From an uncultured SAR86 cluster bacterium (GTDB taxonomy: Bacteria > Pseudomonadota > Gammaproteobacteria > Magnimaribacterales > D2472): a stretch of 58,897 nt of DNA. The translations under genes were made by a program, and so were the position numbers. A model generated the notes under the pieces. That model did not search any database, had not been told where the DNA came from, and saw nothing but the letters and a program-made list of their open reading frames with translations. Within the stretch, counting starts at the first letter, position 1. Each line of letters begins with the position of its first letter. Below, piece by piece: positions 9,579 to 19,104 of this stretch. The stretch spans positions 1-58,897 of the forward strand of contig CACMYW010000002.1 of NCBI GenBank assembly GCA_902617955.1. The letters are read 5' to 3'.

Positions 9579-10686
9579 TAACTTCTAAAATTTCAAAAAT
9601 ATTTTTATTCACTTTTTGGACATCATATTTGCTTTCACAATATTTCCTTGATTCATTACCCATTCTTATTAGATCTACATTCATTATTTTAAAGAAAAAG
9701 GGTAGCGCTCCTTCAGCATCTTTTGCAGGAACTAAGTATCCATTAACCCCATGACGAACTGTTTCTCTACAACCAGAAACATCTGTAGTAATAATTGGTC
9801 TACCAACTGACATTGCTTCGAGGACACTCCTTGGTGTTCCTTCATTGTAAGATAATAATACATATATACTTGATTTCTGAATCGCTGCTTCAACATCAAC
9901 AACATTTCCTATGTATTCAATCCCAAAAGAATGATACCAATCTTGTTCAATTTCATTTATATCTAAAGAGTCGTTATGTTTGTCAGCTGGACCTCCTAGC
10001 AAGAATCTGACATTTGGATAGACGCTTTTAAATGCCTTTGATACGTTAGCGTATTCAACTATTCCTTTTGATTTAATTAATCTTGCCAAACAAAGAAAAG
10101 TTAAATCCTTGGGAAACTCAGATTTTCTAAATTTTGATAAATCAACACCTGATCCATTAACTTGAAATGAATTAGCATCATCAGCAAGATTTAAATCAAT
10201 AAATAATTTTTTGTCGTCTGGATTTTGAAAAATAATGTGTGTGCTAAAAAATAATGCTATTTTGAAGAAGAAAAGTCCAATTTTTTTCCTTAATTTATGA
10301 AAAAATGTATCCTCTTCAAATAAATGTCCTGTTCCAGTAATTAATGAAATTATATTTTTAGTACCACAAATCTTTCCTGCAAATGCACCAACTAAAACAG
10401 GCTTGTGTGTGTACGAGAAAATATGTGATGGTCTATATTTGATAATAATTTTTATAAGAGATATGACGCTCAACACAGCCTTAAAAGGGTTTATGCTTTT
10501 TCTTTCAATAGAAACATATTCAAATGATGCCCCCCAGCTATCTAATAAAGTTAAATTATGAGTGTCTATATTAGGCGCGACACCTAATACACTAAAGCCA
10601 CTATTCAAGAATTTTTTAATTAGCTCTCCACGAAAATTAATTAGTGAATTACCATCTCCGCAGTAAAAGATAATTAATTTTTTCAT
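9571..10686 (-). CDS. glycosyltransferase family 4 (GT-B, WbuB/PglA-like)
   Basis: EGTPRSVLEAMSVGRPIITTDVSGCRETV is the E(x7)E-type GT4 motif. 371 aa. Confidence 0.88.
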   Translation of the reverse strand: MKKLIIFYCGDGNSLINFRGELIKKFLNSGFSVLGVAPNIDTHNLTLLDSWGASFEYVSIERKSINPFKAVLSVISLIKIIIKYRPSHIFSYTHKPVLVGAFAGKICGTKNIISLITGTGHLFEEDTFFHKLRKKIGLFFFKIALFFSTHIIFQNPDDKKLFIDLNLADDANSFQVNGSGVDLSKFRKSEFPKDLTFLCLARLIKSKGIVEYANVSKAFKSVYPNVRFLLGGPADKHNDSLDINEIEQDWYHSFGIEYIGNVVDVEAAIQKSSIYVLLSYNEGTPRSVLEAMSVGRPIITTDVSGCRETVRHGVNGYLVPAKDAEGALPFFFKIMNVDLIRMGNESRKYCESKYDVQKVNKNIFEILEVNG

Positions 10687-11639
10687 ATCCCAAGATAACT
10701 CTTATAAGTTCCAAGGTGTTCATACTCAGTCGAAATATTTGCAAGCTTTTTCAGTGTGGTTTTATTTCCCAAAGACAGCCACTGATGTTGTCTAAAATAA
10801 CTTACAAGGCCGCTGGGGATGCCTTTGGATTGTATAAAAAATTTTAAATTAACCATAAATTCTTTTTTGTGAAGCAAATCATAAGGATGAAGATATATCT
10901 GCGGTATAAAATTATTTTCAAGGCTAACATTCATTATTGATTTAATGTAGTTAACTGGCAACAATCTAAAATATGTTCCACCTGACTTCAAATTAAATAA
11001 TCGAAGACTCTTTTTGGTAACAATTGGGAATTCAATTAAATCTAAATCTGGATATTCTTTAAAAATTTTTTTGTAATTTTTATCATGGATGTCATTTAAT
11101 ATATAACTCGAATCATAGGTAAAATGTTTTGCTAATAATTTATAAACGTTGGCATTAAAAGGATTAATTGAAAATGCTGGCGCTCTAAATCCTCTTGGGG
11201 TAATTCCGCAAGCATTTTTAATCGATTCCTTTGCAATAATAATATTTTCTTCAACCTCATCTAATGATTGTTTATACATTAGATCATGGAAATTATAGTG
11301 TGATGAAATTTCGTTTCCATCAGCTGATATTTTTGATATTAATTCTGGATATTCACGGGCTAATGTGCCAGTTGTGAAGAATGTAAATTTACTGTTATCT
11401 AAAAATTTAGAAGAAAAATCTGAAATGGATTTATAACAGCTTTCAAGTGCTGTATGATTCGTCCTTAGGTCTCGCCCTAAATTTCTAAGTGTATCATAAG
11501 TGAAATCCTCAAGATCTATACTGATGAAAAATTTGTTTGAGTTTTTTTTAACTCGGCTTTCTGATGGTAACAAAAAAACCTCTTGATTCAACAACAACTT
11601 CAGCAAAATCAATGCAACCTGCTTTTTCGAGGCATTCAT
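10683..11639 (-). CDS. polysaccharide deacetylase family protein
   Basis: FFISIDLEDFTYD N-terminal motif and RGFRAPAFS are typical of the DUF3473-type polysaccharide deacetylase subfamily. The listed ATG overlaps the upstream gene by 92 nt, so the true start may be an internal TTG (for example 11573). Confidence 0.75.
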   Translation of the reverse strand: MNASKKQVALILLKLLLNQEVFLLPSESRVKKNSNKFFISIDLEDFTYDTLRNLGRDLRTNHTALESCYKSISDFSSKFLDNSKFTFFTTGTLAREYPELISKISADGNEISSHYNFHDLMYKQSLDEVEENIIIAKESIKNACGITPRGFRAPAFSINPFNANVYKLLAKHFTYDSSYILNDIHDKNYKKIFKEYPDLDLIEFPIVTKKSLRLFNLKSGGTYFRLLPVNYIKSIMNVSLENNFIPQIYLHPYDLLHKKEFMVNLKFFIQSKGIPSGLVSYFRQHQWLSLGNKTTLKKLANISTEYEHLGTYKSYLGI

Positions 11640-12222
11640 CTAAAAATTTTCTTGAATAAGAATACAGAGGGCAGTTTTTTAGTTTGTATCGAACTCTTCG
11701 CTGCAATCCAATTAAACCACTTTCATTTGGTATTGAAATATATATTTCTTTATTACATTCAGATAAAAGTTTTTTTAGAACACTTACAGGATCTGAGACA
11801 TAGTCAAAGAAGCCCATCACACAGATTGCATCAAACTTATTTTCAAAATTATGGGCCATGTAGTCTGCGACAAGGTATGAACAATTTGATTCTTTATTAA
11901 GTTTTCTAACTTTTTCTTTTGTTAGCTCGATCATATCTTCAGCAATATCCAAAGCTGTAACAGTTTTTCCTTGATTTAAAAATGCTGCAGTATGATGTCC
12001 CGGACCACAACCAACATCAAGAACTGTATTTATAGAATCTTTTTGGGTGCGTTCAAGGGACCATTGATATCTCTTGTAGACGCCTTGTCTAAAAAATTTA
12101 TCAATTAACTTATCAAAATAGCTTCTGGGTTTATCATCCTCTGTGTATATGCTTGAAAAACCTTTTGAATAGGAATTAAAGAAGTTTTTTATGTCCTCTA
12201 AATCTTTTTTATTAGTGCTCAT
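11548..12222 (-). CDS. class I SAM-dependent methyltransferase
   Basis: VLDVGCGPGHH SAM-binding motif I. 224 aa. Confidence 0.85.
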   Translation of the reverse strand: MSTNKKDLEDIKNFFNSYSKGFSSIYTEDDKPRSYFDKLIDKFFRQGVYKRYQWSLERTQKDSINTVLDVGCGPGHHTAAFLNQGKTVTALDIAEDMIELTKEKVRKLNKESNCSYLVADYMAHNFENKFDAICVMGFFDYVSDPVSVLKKLLSECNKEIYISIPNESGLIGLQRRVRYKLKNCPLYSYSRKFLDECLEKAGCIDFAEVVVESRGFFVTIRKPS

Positions 12223-12360
12223 AGTCTATTTAAATTTTCCGACATTTTAAACTTTTAATACATCAGAAACAACATACAAAAAATGTATATTTTTATTTAT
12301 AAATATACAGTTAATAAAGCCCTAAGATATATGTTCTCTAAAATAATTTAGAAATAATTA

Positions 12361-12447
12361 TGGTGCCCAGAGCCGGACTTGAACCGGCACGAGGTTGCCC
12401 TCGAGGGATTTTAAATCCCTTGTGTCTACCAATTCCACCACCTGGGC
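12361..12447 (-). tRNA. tRNA-Leu (anticodon UAA), CCA encoded
   Basis: Reverse complement reads GCCCAGGTGGTGGAATTGGTAGACACAAGGGATTTAAAATCCCTCGAGGGCAACCTCGTGCCGGTTCAAGTCCGGCTCTGGGCACCA. It folds by hand: 7-bp acceptor stem; anticodon stem AGGGA/TCCCT with loop TTTAAAA (UAA); long variable arm CGAGG-GCAA-CCTCG; T arm GCCGG-TTCAAGT-CCGGC. Confidence 0.95.
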
Positions 12448-12459
12448 AGAGGAGAGATG

Positions 12460-12465
12460 ATTATA
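12460..12465 (-). promoter_or_regulatory. candidate -10 box (TATAAT) for the tRNA-Leu gene
   Basis: A perfect TATAAT on the minus strand ends 12 nt upstream of the mature tRNA 5' end. The -35 region is poor (TCTTTA/CTTTAT at 17-18 nt spacing). Confidence 0.3.
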
Positions 12466-12545
12466 TTGCATTCAAGCAATAAATAAAGATTATTAATTTT
12501 GATCATAGTAATGGAATTGATATTTGGTATGTAAAAATTGTGTTT

Positions 12546-13361
12546 TTACAGAGATTTTTTAATTTTTGTAATTAATATCCTCATATCATGAAATTTTTTC
12601 TTAAAAAAACCATGCTTTCTAAAAATATCTTTCTTTGTTTCGCCGACTAAATTTACAAAGCATCTTGGATGATTTGTTTTTTGTCTTTCTGAAACACCAT
12701 GCAAAGAATTAATTGAATTTAAAAAGATAATGCCGACATTATTCTCATATTCTACTTCTTTAACAAGGTTACAAAATTTCGGATTAAGTCCTTCTTGATA
12801 AATCTTAATTTTATTTCTTAATGAATAACTCTCTTTCCACTCATATAATTCTAGATTTCCTCCAACTGAATCATCTTCGGGCAATCTTAAATAAAATAAT
12901 CCACTAAAAAGTTTATTACTATTATCAACATGAATCTTTCTAACTGATGAAGTCTTAGTTACTGGTGAATTTATTGATATCTGTGCATCAAGATACATTT
13001 TATCCTCTTCGTGTATCTCTGAACCCCTCTTAAAAGATTCCATATTCCTGTATTTCTCATAATCATCCCTAGAGATATGATTTTTAAAGACCTCAAGGAC
13101 CTCTATATAAAATGATTCTGAGCTGTGATAATCTATGAACTCTTTCCAATGACTTATCAAACTTTTATCTTTTGAGACCTCTAAAGCAGAATAATCAAAT
13201 CTGGTATTATTTTTATCATCGTCAAATAAATCAATTGGAAAGTTGCTCGTGAGTGATTGTGCTAAATTGTCAGGTATCGCATTTTTAACAATGATATGAG
13301 GAAATGGATAATCTGATACTAACGATGAGTCTGCTTTACTTAAAATTGAAAAAGTACTCAT
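12546..13361 (-). CDS. putative 2OG-Fe(II) oxygenase superfamily protein
   Basis: N-terminal YPFPHIIVKNAIPD, HxD motif (KIHVDNSNK), distal His (NSLHGVS) and basic residue (HPRCFVNL). The pattern fits small 2OG-Fe(II) oxygenases. Confidence 0.45.
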   Translation of the reverse strand: MSTFSILSKADSSLVSDYPFPHIIVKNAIPDNLAQSLTSNFPIDLFDDDKNNTRFDYSALEVSKDKSLISHWKEFIDYHSSESFYIEVLEVFKNHISRDDYEKYRNMESFKRGSEIHEEDKMYLDAQISINSPVTKTSSVRKIHVDNSNKLFSGLFYLRLPEDDSVGGNLELYEWKESYSLRNKIKIYQEGLNPKFCNLVKEVEYENNVGIIFLNSINSLHGVSERQKTNHPRCFVNLVGETKKDIFRKHGFFKKKFHDMRILITKIKKSL

Positions 13362-13440
13362 AATTAAGCTGAAGTTAAAATTTAATATTCATTGAGAAAC
13401 GTATCGTAGAAAAATATCCATAATAATAAATTTTGCATTC

Positions 13441-14442
13441 TTAACATTTATAGTAGTCTTTGTACCATTGCAAGAAATTTTGAATGCCTTCTTCCACATT
13501 AGTTTTTGGATTGTAGCCTAACTCCTTTTTGGCTAACGATATATCAGACTCGGTTGAAACTACATCGCCCTTTTGGAGTGGCAAATATTCAACAATAGCT
13601 TTCTTATTTAGAAGCTTTTCTATTATTTTTACATACTCCAAAAGCTTAACTGGTTTGCTATTACCTAGGTTAAAAATTCTATAAGGGGCGCTGCTTTTCT
13701 CAGGTGATGGTTCGCTAGCATCCCAAGTTATATTCTCACTAAAGGTGTAGCCAATGCATGCAATAATGCCTTCGACGATATCATCTATGTAAGTAAAATC
13801 TCTAATGTGATTTCCATTATTAAAAACCTGGATTGGTAATCCTTTCAAGATATTACTTGTAAATTTAAATAGTGCCATATCTGGTCTTCCAAATGGACCA
13901 TAAACTGTAAAAAATCTTAAACCAATGGATTCTATTTGATACATTGAGCTATATGAGTGTGCCATGATTTCATTTGCTCTTTTTGTTGCTGCATAATATT
14001 GAATAGGATGATCAGCAATATTCAATTCACTGAAAGGTTGGTTCTTATTTGCTCCATAAACGCTGCTAGTACTTGCATAAATCAGTCTACTCTTTTTTCT
14101 TCTTGCGAGTTCCAGGATATTTGAAAACCCAACTAAATTGCTTAAGGTATAGTCGCCTGGATTATTAATAGAATGTCTTACTCCAGCTTGAGCAGCAAGA
14201 TTAATAATTATGTCGACATCTTCTTGAATAAGATTCAATATGTTTTCAGATGCAATATCTTGATTTATGAAGCTAAAGTTAGGTTGCTCAATAAGGTCGC
14301 TTAATCTTGATTCTTTTAAAGACACATCATAGTAAGAATTCATATTATCAATTCCAATTACAATGTGAGAATCTAATAATAGTCTTTTAGCTAGATGGTA
14401 TCCAATGAAACCAGAGCAACCAGTTAATAAAATTCTTTTCAT
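13441..14442 (-). CDS. NAD-dependent nucleotide-sugar 4-epimerase (UDP-glucuronate / UDP-GlcNAcA 4-epimerase-like)
   Basis: Has the LTGCSGFIGYHL Rossmann motif, a catalytic YAATK (YxxxK) and is 333 aa. Overlaps the upstream dehydrogenase by 4 nt, the classic dehydrogenase-epimerase pairing (TviB/TviC-like). Confidence 0.85.
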   Translation of the reverse strand: MKRILLTGCSGFIGYHLAKRLLLDSHIVIGIDNMNSYYDVSLKESRLSDLIEQPNFSFINQDIASENILNLIQEDVDIIINLAAQAGVRHSINNPGDYTLSNLVGFSNILELARRKKSRLIYASTSSVYGANKNQPFSELNIADHPIQYYAATKRANEIMAHSYSSMYQIESIGLRFFTVYGPFGRPDMALFKFTSNILKGLPIQVFNNGNHIRDFTYIDDIVEGIIACIGYTFSENITWDASEPSPEKSSAPYRIFNLGNSKPVKLLEYVKIIEKLLNKKAIVEYLPLQKGDVVSTESDISLAKKELGYNPKTNVEEGIQNFLQWYKDYYKC

Positions 14443-15737
14443 AAAGAAAAAAAGTCGCTTTGTTCTAGAGCATTGGTCATATCAAAAACATGGCCTTTTG
14501 GTCTTAATTTAGATCTAAGCATCGAGGGGGTAATAGATAAGTATTCTTTGTGAGGCACCAAGAGTAGTATTGCATCAAATTTATTTTCATCAGCGAACAA
14601 TTCACAAATGTGATGGAACTTTGCCTTAAATGAGGTTGTAGCAGTTGGATAATTTGGATCATGAATGAATGGAGTTATTCCTAATTTATTAAATTTCTTA
14701 ATAACAGATACAGAACCAGAATTCCTTGTATCTGGACAGTTTTCTTTAAAGGATATACCCATAATTAGAATCTTATGAATTGATTTCTTTTTTGATAATC
14801 TTCCAAGTGTTTGATTGACAACTCTTGAAACAACAGCATTATTGGTTTTCCTTCCTGACAAAATCATCGCCGGATTAACTCCCAGCTGCTGTGATTTATA
14901 AGATAAATAATAAGGATCTACCCCAATACAATGACCGCCAACTAATCCAGGTCTAAAGTTCAAAAAATTCCATTTTGTATTAGAGGCTTTTAAAACCTCA
15001 CTTGTTTTAATATCAAGCTTAAAACAAATTTCTGAGAGCTCATTCATCAAAGCAATATTAATATCACGTTGAGTATTTTCTATTACTTTTGATGCTTCAG
15101 CTACCTTGATTGATGCGGCCTTGTAAACTTCTGCATCAATAACAGATTTATATAATTTATATATAAAATTTAAAGATTTTTCGGAAGAACCACTAACCAC
15201 TTTGTTGATCTTTTCAAATGTGTGTACTGAATCTCCCGGGTTAATTCTTTCTGGAGAGTAGCCTACAAAGAAATCCTTATTTAATTTCAGATTAGAATAC
15301 TTTTCGAGAATAGGGATACATATCTCTTCAGTGCAGCCTGGATAGACTGTGGACTCAAAAATAATAACAGCATTCTTTTTTAAAATTTTAGCCATATTCT
15401 GACATGCTGATTCAAGAAATGATAAATCAGGTTTTGTTCTAGAATTCACTGGTGTAGGAACTGTAACTATGAAAACTTTTATATTTTTTAACGTATTAAT
15501 ATCATCGGTCAAGGTTAAATTAGATTTCTTAATTTTTGATTTGCTAACTTCAAGAGTATTATCAAAGTTATCTTTTAATTCCCTAATTCGGTTACTTGAA
15601 ATATCAAAACCACTTGTTGGATATTTCTTTGCAAATGCAATGGCTAGTGGCAGACCTACATAACCTAATCCAATAACCGCTATAGATACATTTTTAAGAT
15701 CTAAAATATTTGATGCCATTTTTAATATGAAATTCAT
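14439..15737 (-). CDS. nucleotide-sugar 6-dehydrogenase (UDP-glucose/GDP-mannose dehydrogenase family, TviB/WbpO-like)
   Basis: IAVIGLGYVGLPLA NAD-binding motif and GGHCIGVDP catalytic Cys motif. The start may be the internal Met at 15719. Confidence 0.88.
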   Translation of the reverse strand: MNFILKMASNILDLKNVSIAVIGLGYVGLPLAIAFAKKYPTSGFDISSNRIRELKDNFDNTLEVSKSKIKKSNLTLTDDINTLKNIKVFIVTVPTPVNSRTKPDLSFLESACQNMAKILKKNAVIIFESTVYPGCTEEICIPILEKYSNLKLNKDFFVGYSPERINPGDSVHTFEKINKVVSGSSEKSLNFIYKLYKSVIDAEVYKAASIKVAEASKVIENTQRDINIALMNELSEICFKLDIKTSEVLKASNTKWNFLNFRPGLVGGHCIGVDPYYLSYKSQQLGVNPAMILSGRKTNNAVVSRVVNQTLGRLSKKKSIHKILIMGISFKENCPDTRNSGSVSVIKKFNKLGITPFIHDPNYPTATTSFKAKFHHICELFADENKFDAILLLVPHKEYLSITPSMLRSKLRPKGHVFDMTNALEQSDFFSL

Positions 15738-15814
15738 TTATTATAAGGTTTTATAGGTCATGCTTTTGCAAAAAGTTTAATAAAGTATAAATTGTTTGCT
15801 AGAATGTTCATTTA

Positions 15815-16147
15815 TTGAACACTGTATTTATATGTATGCTTAAAGAAAACTTAAAAATAAAAGAAGATGATTTAGATGTTTTACAACTTATTCATGAAGA
15901 TCCAAAGATAAGTCAAAGAAAGATAGCCAACAAACTTGGTTTAAGTTTGGGCAAAGTTAATTACTGTATTAAATCTTTGTCAAAAGTGGGTTTTATAAAG
16001 CTTAAAAATTTTTCTGGTTCCGATAATAAAAAACTATACATGTATCTCCTTACACCAAAAGCAATACTTGAAAAAACTCGCATCACCAAAAAATTTATTA
16101 AAGCAAAAAAAGAAGAGTTTGATAAATTGCATAGCTATTTGGAATAA
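15815..16147 (+). CDS. small winged-helix (MarR-type, EPS-associated) transcriptional regulator
   Basis: ~105 aa. VLQLIHEDPKISQRKIANKLGLSLGKVNYCIKSL is a helix-turn-helix typical of MarR-family EPS-locus regulators. The listed start is TTG; an in-frame ATG at 15836 is an equally likely start. Confidence 0.7.
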   Translation: MNTVFICMLKENLKIKEDDLDVLQLIHEDPKISQRKIANKLGLSLGKVNYCIKSLSKVGFIKLKNFSGSDNKKLYMYLLTPKAILEKTRITKKFIKAKKEEFDKLHSYLE

Positions 16148-16206
16148 CTTTAAGAAATAAAATAATTATCAATTACAAAAATACATTGGAACTTAGAGGA
16201 GATTAA

Positions 16207-17397
16207 TTGAAAAATTATAAAAATATTATTGGTAGAAATTCAGACCTCTTTAAAGATGATATAAATGCAAATAAGGAAATTCTTTGCGAAATAATTGAGT
16301 CATCAAAGTTTTTAATCCTTGGAGGCTCTGGTTCAATCGGTCAAGCAGTTACTAAAGAAATTTTTAAGAGAAATCCCATTAAGATTCATGTGGTAGATAT
16401 AAATGAGAATACGCTTACTGAACTAGTTAGGGATATAAGAAGTGCATTTGGATATATAAAAGGTGAATTTAAGACCTTTTGTATTGATATTGGAAGTAAA
16501 GAGTATTTATCTTTTATTGAGCATGACGGTGATTATGACTATGTGCTGAACCTTTCTGCCTTAAAACATGTTAGAAGTGAAAAAGATCCTTTTACATTGA
16601 TGAGAATGATTAATGTAAATATCTTAAATACTATAAAAAGTATTGAATTATCAATCTCAAATTCTACGTCAAAATATTTTTGCGTTTCAACTGATAAAGC
16701 AGCGAACCCAGTAAATATGATGGGGGCTTCAAAAAGAATTATGGAAATGTTTTTAATTAAACACAGCAGGTCGATTCCTATCTCAACTGCACGATTTGCA
16801 AATGTAGCCTTTTCAGATGGCTCATTAATGTATGGTTTTGATCAAAGAATTGCAAAACATCAACCCATTGTTGCTCCTGATGATATTAAAAGGTATTTCA
16901 TTACACCTGAAGAATCTGGAGAGTTGTGCGTGATGTCGTGCATATTAGGGAAAAATAGTGAGATTTTCTTTCCAAAACTATCTGAAAAATTACAACTTAC
17001 ATCATTTTCTGACTTAGCAAAAAAATATCTTAAGGAACTAGGTTACAAGCCTATAGTGTGTAGTTCTGAGGAAGAAGCAAGAAAACTAACAAAACAAATA
17101 TCAAAGAATAAAGAATGGCCATGCTTATTTACTAAAAGTGATACAACAGGAGAAAAAGATTTTGAGGAATTCTTTACAGATGGTGAAGAACTAGATCTTG
17201 AAAAGTTTAATAGCATTGGAATTGTAAAAAATAATCTTAGTTTTGATGAAGGGCTACTAATAAATTTTATTGAGAATATAAATAATTTCTTAGAAACTAA
17301 GTCGTGGAATAAAGATATTTTGGTAAAAATCTTTGAAGATACCCTGGCACATTTCTCTCATAAAGAAACTGGTAAGTACCTAGATGATAAAATGTAA
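16207..17397 (+). CDS. soluble CapD/Polysacc_synt_2-type nucleotide-sugar 4,6-dehydratase (LegB/PseB-like role)
   Basis: ILGGSGSIGQAV Rossmann motif and STDKAANPVNMMGASKRIMEMF. It is paralogous to the C-terminal domain of 55761..57671. TTG start is preceded by AGGAG with a 5-nt spacer. Confidence 0.8.
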   Translation: MKNYKNIIGRNSDLFKDDINANKEILCEIIESSKFLILGGSGSIGQAVTKEIFKRNPIKIHVVDINENTLTELVRDIRSAFGYIKGEFKTFCIDIGSKEYLSFIEHDGDYDYVLNLSALKHVRSEKDPFTLMRMINVNILNTIKSIELSISNSTSKYFCVSTDKAANPVNMMGASKRIMEMFLIKHSRSIPISTARFANVAFSDGSLMYGFDQRIAKHQPIVAPDDIKRYFITPEESGELCVMSCILGKNSEIFFPKLSEKLQLTSFSDLAKKYLKELGYKPIVCSSEEEARKLTKQISKNKEWPCLFTKSDTTGEKDFEEFFTDGEELDLEKFNSIGIVKNNLSFDEGLLINFIENINNFLETKSWNKDILVKIFEDTLAHFSHKETGKYLDDKM

Positions 17398-17420
17398 GAA
17401 ATGCTAAACCTTCTAGAAAC

Positions 17421-18491
17421 ATGTCGTTGATAATTGCAGAAGCCGGAGTAAATCATAACGGTTCAGAGGATATAGCTTTTGATTTAATAGATGTAGCTCA
17501 TGCTGCAGGTGCAGACATCGTAAAATTTCAAACTTTTAAATCATCTGACTTAGTTACTCAAAATGCAAAAAAAGCTCAATATCAGTCAATCAACACTAAA
17601 AATGATGTATCACAATTAAAGATGCTGAAGGACCTAGAATTACCCTATTCTTCTTTTAAAAAGCTTGCAAATTATTGTGATGATTTAAGAATTGAATTTT
17701 TATCCACAGCTTTCGATAGGGTTAGTTTAGATTTTCTTGTTAATGATATCGGAATGCGAAGACTAAAAATTCCCTCTGGAGAATTAAATAATGCTCCTTT
17801 TATTCTTGATCATGCACGAACTGGAATGAGCATTATCTTATCAACAGGCATGGCAAATCTTAACGAAATTAAAATGGCTTTAGGTGTGATTGCTTTTGGT
17901 TACATTGGTGATGAGAGGAAGCCTTCAATTCAAAGTTTTGAGGAAGCATTTAATTCGATTGAGGGCAAGAATATACTTAAGGAAAAGGTTCATTTACTAC
18001 ATTGCACATCAGAGTACCCTGCTCCCTTGGAAGAGGTAAATTTAAATGCAATTCAACTTCTTAAAAAAGAGTTTGGCCTAAAGATAGGATATTCTGATCA
18101 CACTCTTGGTATTGATATTGCCTTAGGTGCAGTAGCATTGGGAGCAGAAGTAATTGAAAAACATTTTTCTTTGTCTAGAGATTCTGAAGGCCCAGATCAT
18201 AGAGCTTCTCTTGAACCAGACGAATTGAATCTGATGGTCAGTAAAATTAGACAAATGGAAATAGCGCTTGGGAAAGAAGAAAAGATTAGAACTCCCTCAG
18301 AGATCAAAAATCTGAAAATTGCAAGAAAGAGTATTGTTGCTGAAAAGACTATCAATCCAGGAGATCAATTCTCGAAGACTAATATTAGCATTAAAAGGCC
18401 AGGAGTTGGGATGCAACCAATTTCTTTTTGGGACCTACTTTCAAAAAAATCTTCAAAAAAGTATAAGCCTGGAGACCTCATAGATGAATAA
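17421..18491 (+). CDS. neuB: nonulosonic acid synthase (N-acetylneuraminate/legionaminate synthase family)
   Basis: IIAEAGVNHNGS, VKFQTF, HCTSEYPAP and a C-terminal SAF domain (SIKRPGVG). Confidence 0.92.
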   Translation: MSLIIAEAGVNHNGSEDIAFDLIDVAHAAGADIVKFQTFKSSDLVTQNAKKAQYQSINTKNDVSQLKMLKDLELPYSSFKKLANYCDDLRIEFLSTAFDRVSLDFLVNDIGMRRLKIPSGELNNAPFILDHARTGMSIILSTGMANLNEIKMALGVIAFGYIGDERKPSIQSFEEAFNSIEGKNILKEKVHLLHCTSEYPAPLEEVNLNAIQLLKKEFGLKIGYSDHTLGIDIALGAVALGAEVIEKHFSLSRDSEGPDHRASLEPDELNLMVSKIRQMEIALGKEEKIRTPSEIKNLKIARKSIVAEKTINPGDQFSKTNISIKRPGVGMQPISFWDLLSKKSSKKYKPGDLIDE

Positions 18492-19104
18492 AGAAATTAT
18501 TATGCTAGGATCAGGTGGTCATGCTACTAGCCTTCTTGAAATATTGAGATCTCATAATAAGAGTATTTCTGCTGTATTTTCTCAAAATAAAAATGAGTCA
18601 AGTATAAATTTTCCAGACTCTGATCACTTTTATAATGATGAAGATATTTGTAAATTTAATCCAGAAAAAGTGCTTATAGTAAATGGTATTGGTGCTGTAC
18701 CTCAAAATGAAACTAGAAATAAAGTTTATCAAAAATTTAAAAGTTCAAGGTTTCATTTTCTAACGTTGATTTCAAATTCTTCTCAACTTGCTGAAGATGT
18801 TCACCTTGGTGAAGGAGTGCAGATTTTAAATGGTGTGATCATAAATTCTGGCTCAATTATAGACTATCAAACTATTGTTAATACTGGAGTAATAATTGAG
18901 CATGGTTGTAAGATAGGTTCTAACTGTCATCTAGCACCCGGAGTAATAGTTTGTGGTGATGTAAGGATTCAAGATAAAGTTTTTATTGGTCCAGGTGCAA
19001 TATTGTCAAGAGGAATTGAGATTGGGGAAGGTTCAATTATTGGGGCTGGATCAAAAATTCTTAAAAATATCAAACCGCATACAAAAGTAATACAAAGAAT
19101 ATGA
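18484..19104 (+). CDS. NeuD/PglD-family hexapeptide-repeat sugar N-acetyltransferase
   Basis: N-terminal IIMLGSGGHATSLLEI plus left-handed beta-helix repeats (IGSNCHLAPGVIVCGDVRIQDKVFIGPGA). Confidence 0.85.
   Translation: MNKEIIMLGSGGHATSLLEILRSHNKSISAVFSQNKNESSINFPDSDHFYNDEDICKFNPEKVLIVNGIGAVPQNETRNKVYQKFKSSRFHFLTLISNSSQLAEDVHLGEGVQILNGVIINSGSIIDYQTIVNTGVIIEHGCKIGSNCHLAPGVIVCGDVRIQDKVFIGPGAILSRGIEIGEGSIIGAGSKILKNIKPHTKVIQRI

Noticed and set aside
15738-16206. JUMPstart/ops (GGCGGTAG-type) antitermination element upstream of the polysaccharide operon.
   Set aside because: No GGCGGTAG-like sequence is present in this or other 5' spacers of the island.
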